Source of the DNA: Magnetococcales bacterium DCbin4
GTDB taxonomy: Bacteria > Pseudomonadota > Magnetococcia > Magnetococcales > UBA8363
Reading direction: 5' to 3'
DNA length: 64,000 nt
Assembly: GCA_002753735.1 (NCBI GenBank)
Contig: PEAN01000005.1
Coordinates: forward strand, 26,651 to 90,650
The translations under genes and the position numbers were made by a program. The first letter of the stretch is position 1; the number at the start of each line of letters is the position of its first letter. This document shows positions 63,001-64,000 of the stretch, piece after piece. The notes under the pieces were generated by a model, which ran no database searches, was not told where the DNA came from, and saw only the letters and a program-made list of their open reading frames with translations.

Positions 63001-64000
63001 TTGACCGCAAGCGGCGTCCCCAGATCGCTCGGAAGATACAACGAACCCTGGGTGGTGGCATTGGGGATGGAGGTCAAGGTCGCCTTGGTGATGGCATTGC
63101 CATCGGCATCCGAACCCCCGAGGGAAACCGTCACCCCCGCACCCCCTTCCGCCGGTCGGGTGATCCATTGCGGCTGCCCGGCAGGCAACAGCGGCGCATT
63201 GATGCCACTCTTGGTATCGTTGGCAGTGGTATCGGCTGGATTGGTCACACCATCATTCAACGGGTAATACCCGGTCAATCCCGCCTCGCCCCCGGTCAAT
63301 GAGGTGGTGGTCATGTCGGCACGGACCCAGGACAGGGCAGTCGCTGCCGTCGTACTCAACCCCGAATTCCAGATCCGCAATTCCGCCACCGATCCGGGAA
63401 AGGTGAACGACCCCGTATCGGCATAGGTGCCGATGGCCACGGTGCTGTTGATGGCGTTGGTGGAACTGAAGCTGACCCCTGCGGCATAGTTTTTCACCCG
63501 TTGGCCATCAAGGAAAATATCCCCCGTGCCATCGGTCCTCCAGGTCAACGCCGCATGATGCCATTGTCCCGCCCGGGCCGTCGCGATCGAAACATTGTTA
63601 TAGCCATCCAACCCGCCGAACAGATTCCAATTCTGTGATCCCGTCGATTCCACATGCAGATGAATCAAATCACCGGCGCCATTAAGGACATTGGCAAAAA
63701 CAAACCCGGTTTTCCCAAGAGTGGTCGCATAATTTTCATCAATCTTGAACCACAGGGATATGGTCCCCTGGGTACGATTCAGGGGAAACTTTCCTTCGGT
63801 GCGATCATCCAGATCGACCCGATCATTGACGCCATCCAGGGTGATGCCATGATCATAGACCCCGGGAACGGCGATGGGGGCTTCCAACAGGCCATGGAAC
63901 GAGGTCAGGAGGCCGGGATTGAACGGAGTTCCACGATCAATCACCCCCCGTTCCAGTTCCAGTTCCCAATCACCCCCCAGATGGGTAGATCCCGTGGCAT
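51024..64000 (-). CDS. giant repetitive surface/adhesin-like protein (LamG domains plus cadherin-like/CSPG-type repeat modules), 3-prime 12.9 kb; N-terminus outside the window
   Basis: The ORF track gives 4,306 aa from a GTG at 63944, but my translation of 63945..64000 in the same frame (ATGSTHLGGDWELELERG-) has no stop, so the gene continues upstream. There are two LamG_3-like jelly-roll segments (about 63344..63842 and 61875..62387). Repeats carry FT(Q)xDIxxxR(L/V)xYxHDGSE signatures and NDxD/DPDGD motifs. Confidence 0.85.
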   Translation of the reverse strand, partial: ATGSTHLGGDWELELERGVIDRGTPFNPGLLTSFHGLLEAPIAVPGVYDHGITLDGVNDRVDLDDRTEGKFPLNRTQGTISLWFKIDENYATTLGKTGFVFANVLNGAGDLIHLHVESTGSQNWNLFGGLDGYNNVSIATARAGQWHHAALTWRTDGTGDIFLDGQRVKNYAAGVSFSSTNAINSTVAIGTYADTGSFTFPGSVAELRIWNSGLSTTAATALSWVRADMTTTSLTGGEAGLTGYYPLNDGVTNPADTTANDTKSGINAPLLPAGQPQWITRPAEGGAGVTVSLGGSDADGNAITKATLTSIPNATTQGSLYLPSDLGTPLAVNTQILTASDALRRVVFVPVANFDGTATWNFTVNDGTADSSAATVTITMAPAQDAPTLTAAAPTLTTITENDTTNAGQTVASFAGSAITDVDTSPTPSEGIAITAVSGTYGSWQYDTGGGWQSVGAVSGTSALLLRDTDKVRFVPDGLHGESAGLTYRAWDQTSGATGTKVDVSSNGGATAFSTGTDTAALTVTEVIDAPQINVATGDQVVFDGNNDYIRSPTFVFPTSAFTIEMWWRPDTNLTSASARQDLLYCDSGTGRPHISFNKNGGGEIGVFTKIGGPSYDTAVSTTTSWTAGQWYHLAFTFDGTNTSVYVNGQLERQVSQPGVHDAQTGFYLGARSNLANDLRGSLADVRVWSTVRSQTNIQDFMSRALVGNEAGLSGYWPLDEGSGTTVTDDAGSADGTITAATWSSTDAVRGMEEEDIAIPGLSITDVDATGNETVTLTVTSGVLTVNTAVAGGVGAGGVTGNGTATVTLVGTLAQLNATLAGTNALTYRGNTNFYGSDTLNIGVTDSTGGTASGSVAITVYNVIDPLAVTAGGALTFTEGDAATSADGALTLANDEGGNLTGGQVAITAGYVSGQDLLSFVNTAAITGSWNAGTGILTLSGSATVADYQTALRSITYSNSAGDNPTAGVRTLSWTATNAFGTSPASQSTITVQAVNDRPVMTASAVLNDQENDAAAIVDATLTVTDADNTTLQGATVAITGNFVTGEDRLVFVNQSGISGLWDGVTGILTLSGPATLANYQTALRSVRYINDDGDTPQVSTRTVQYSVTDGTLTSVAVQASINVTAVNDAPVITVPAAGTVNEDQSLTLTGISVADVDVGAGTMQLALSVNQGILSLATTTGLSFTAGANGSATMTVTGTVSAINNALNGMVYQPNGHYFGADGLILVANDLGGSGTGGAKTASVTYGITVTAVQDVPVAGIDATTAFEDVPEILTIATELLANDTDADGDVLTLVSLTNPTHGTLVDNGNGTLTYLSSNNYHGTDSFTYTVNDGHGNTSQATVTIVVNAVPDSLQAIADTATTNEEVAVTISVLDNDRDPDFLPDGLNPALAVIGFTDPAHGQVIHLGNGVFTYTPDIDYAGADSFTYTLNAGDARMDIGTVTLTVNNLNDAPVVAVNTGAAVVEGASVTLSPVFLRLTDAEQAATQITLTLVTAPVRGNLELNGVSLTAGQSWTQDDMDQNRLLYRHDGSETIADSFIVTAADGVGGSLLATLFSLTVIPSNDDPVLVQGGVTVDEGGDVTLSSAHLAATDAEEGATALVYTLDALPVSGTLLFNGVALGLGGQVTQADIDAGGLVYRHGGSETTTDGFSIHIDDSQGGSVATTVQGITINPVNDAPVWTLPGARTPNEDQDFDVTGISLADADLGAASIQVTATVAHGILTLTTTTGLTFVSGGNGTTTWTISGTLANVTTALAHVIYHGQANYNGSDSLILSANDGGGSGSGGAKVTAGSVTLTVQPVNDLPSMGNDPFVTAEDTPLTMEIATGLMLNDVDPDGGVLTFSSFTQPTRGTVVQVGATLVYTPTAQYNGVDSFTYSVVNARGETATATVNLIVAPLADTLNPGDDAVSLLEDGSLTTGNLLDNDRDPDFLPDGINPALSIIGFSPAAFGTLTYLGGGQFNYVPNADFNGIDGFSYTLSAGDLRTGTATVTMTVTAVNDNPQLTTNTGLSLNEGGQVVLTNLMLKAQDAEQSSTQVQFILATAPSHGTLALDGVALAMGAMFSQDAIDNHRLTYTHDGGETTSDPFVLTVSDGVGGFLLNQTVAVSVTAVNDAPQLAINTGVSVAEGANVVLTPAMLTVTDAESATNAIVYTLTTIPTHGSLRRDGVALSVGQTLTQAELAASRIDYLHNGSDTLSDSFKFTVSDGQGGSFAETPFVITVTPVNDPLTVTAGGAKMFVEGDTASSADGALTLNDADGTTLTGAQVTIATGYQAGEDLLGFVNTAAITGVWNAGTGILSLSGVATLADYQTALRSVTYGNAAGDAPTAGVRTLEWRVTDLFETSPVSSSTVTVQAVNDRPIMVAGGALAYQENDTAAIIDASLTVTDADNTLLQGATVVISSNHVVGEDRLVFVNQGGISGSWDGVTGTLTLTGSDTVANYQTALRSVRYVNDQGDTPQASTRQIQFSIDDGQLTSVVVTASVAVTALNDAPVVTIPGPRTVDEDLTLILAGISVADADLGAGTMQLAMAVNHGVILLGTTTGLNFISGGDGSATMTFSGSLTALNDALNGMTYQPDANDFGSDSLTLVANDLGGSGSGGIKTTSVSLGITINPLQDLPVTGIDTTMALEDIPTLISVATDLLANDVDVDGDSLTLVSFTLPSHGSLVDNGNGTLTYLSSQNYHGLDTFSYTVDDGHGNTDLAVVTIVVNPVPDSLIAVNDSAVTMEEMAVNVSVLGNDRDPDFLPDGLNPLLQVIGFTDPSHGQVIHLGNGQFTYTPDTDFDGSDSFTYILNTGDARIDIGTVTLTVNGQNDSPSMVTPAGGMVLEGGTVTLTPALLAVTDPEQTSAQITLTLVNTPIHGTLELNGVALASGQTWTREDVVQHRLVYRHDGSETLTDQFSVTAADGVGGTMLETTFNLTVSPFNDTPSLTLGVLQLVEGGQVTLGTSHLAATDTEGGAATLDHVLDALPIHGQLLRDGVVLSLGGRFTQAEIDAGRVVYRHDGSDTIHDSFNVHVTDPQGAVTASSSLNIDISPDNDSPVWSLPGGQTVDEDQAVTITGVRLADTDVGVGVIQVSLSVAHGTLTLPSTTSLVSVAGGNGTGSWTFSGTLAQVNAALSQIMYRGRADFQGLDQLVLVANDGGASGLGGAKVAVGEVLIVINPVADSPNAGMDAFSTAEDTAITLALATDLLANDNDPDGLSFSFTNFTQPAHGSLVRTGSSLVYTPEAQFNGIDQFTYSIVNVQGGTATALVRIVVAPLMDTLSPGDDHVRLLEDGSITTVNLLANDRDPDDLPDGRNPALNIIGFTPTAFGSLVYRGDGRFTYTPMADYHGLDHFSYALSTGDRRLDHVWVVIEVTPDNDAPVMVSNTGMSLEEGGRVVLTRHMFEARDVEQSAAQVSFVLATAPSHGVITVNGLAVTSGGMFTQEDINHHRVIYTHDGGESINDPFVVTVTDGAGGFLLNQSVAVTVTAVNDAPRLLANTGLTVAEGGSGLLSPTALSVVDAESGPDAILYRLASIPVHGGLYRSGIVLGVGQTFTQADLIAGRIDYRHDGSETLADEFRFEVQDGQGSGLLERACAITITPVNEPPVLTVPEPFSVLEDVDTPLPGFVVGDPEIGSGSILVRLAVEHGTISVSELPGLQFQNGRNHTASMTLVGNVNLINQTLATLRYQGTHDYSGIDTLHLLVSDQGHGGTVPEATTGADVLIQVTAVADTPLPGMDVILPPTDHPIAINEPVLINLGPSLLHNDHDGDGPNSGLTLVGFTQPRFGTLEDRGNGQFVYIPNANFAGFDQFSYTVTDATGNYAFTTVVIINPIEEGLEAGADALILLEDEPTQTGNLLLNDRDLEWRGDGANPALTIIAFTQGAHGTVAYVGNHAFLYIPNHDFQGTDQFTYTLNAGDRRIDIATVRVTVKPVNDLPRIGINAGITLVRGEEKTIGWQELSVWDVDNVERELVYHLEKTPNFGRLFLAGVELVAGGRFTQEDITRGRLVYRNQGETRADRFRFSVDDSSGGFIVTTDFVIQVNPGPEVPAEVPVIEPPVVVAPPVVNPPVVTPPVVTPPVTAVRPVILVESSSRVEQVVESTPTVASGSFQLEDAGQQWWGKMGQRPMEVMPSPAPSGSVSLMGMDVEYASSPILTVVRGYERSVALDASGTPLLTAVMNASPGVEDGGVVTPVLNAVKRAGRSVAPGASVTPVLAAVVASRPEGTPMQLGSPFPDQGPNKGFFMPGLSFMPWFPEPRSENPPTGTDAGTDAEQVAPEQLGTGTEPFLVPVEEEGFNGPHPTPQPAPKPVLRQMRFELSEQFNQLALWREREVDRLRRAFV

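Noticed and set aside
52323-63302. Many long plus-strand ORFs inside the giant gene (e.g. 53610..54692 360 aa, 55566..56741 391 aa, 59991..60833 280 aa, 52749..53522 257 aa).
   Set aside because: All are fully nested antisense to a 12.9-kb ORF with clear modular domain repeats. Their translations are Gly/Arg/His/Asp/Ile-rich low-complexity strings mirroring the sense-strand codon bias. They are shadow ORFs.

Overview
This is a 64-kb chromosomal window from a Gram-negative, proteobacterial-type genome. I cannot assign the taxon from sequence alone. All calls come from reading the ORF track and the nucleotide sequence by hand; no BLAST or HMM search was run. Family names are recalled from motifs, and coordinates of starts, repeats and frameshifts were counted manually.

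Layout:
- 0-9 kb: MazG-like and radical-SAM genes, a TPR/GT9 gene bracketed by MITE-like repeats, and a four-gene signalling operon (binding protein, kinase, response regulator, hybrid kinase).
- 9-19 kb: an ECF sigma module, cytochrome c, lysA, a sugar aminotransferase, priA, def and fmt.
- 19-26 kb: the replication cluster dnaA-dnaN-recF-gyrB, then ogt.
- 26-30 kb: a small accessory islet with a DUF3782-like nuclease, a decayed lipoprotein/RCC1 gene, an Rpn-family nuclease and a class D beta-lactamase.
- 30-48 kb: housekeeping genes (tyrS, anmK, rpe, htpX, c-type cytochromes, a heme-type sensor kinase, TusA/DsrE, pntAB, maeB) and a second Rpn paralog.
- 48-64 kb: an MCP, a 640-bp AT-rich spacer, and the 3-prime 12.9 kb of a giant repetitive adhesin-like gene whose reading frame runs off the right edge.

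Most noteworthy observations:
1. A family of long GC-clamped palindromic intergenic elements sits at seven sites, all left of 33 kb, and one copy lies inside a 186-bp MITE with 25-bp TIRs.
2. Both Rpn paralogs carry an in-frame GGAGG-N8-ATG just upstream of a 7 x 12-bp tandem repeat and the C-terminal domain. This is the architecture expected for an intragenic small protein.
3. The giant gene is built from a 4,083-nt super-repeat.
4. priA and pntA are each broken by a net 1-nt frame error at G-rich sequence. This is either assembly error or real decay.

I did not find a clearly novel multi-gene system, CRISPR array, tRNA or rRNA. The ORF track translates alternative start codons (GTG/TTG) as M, so several starts were re-chosen.
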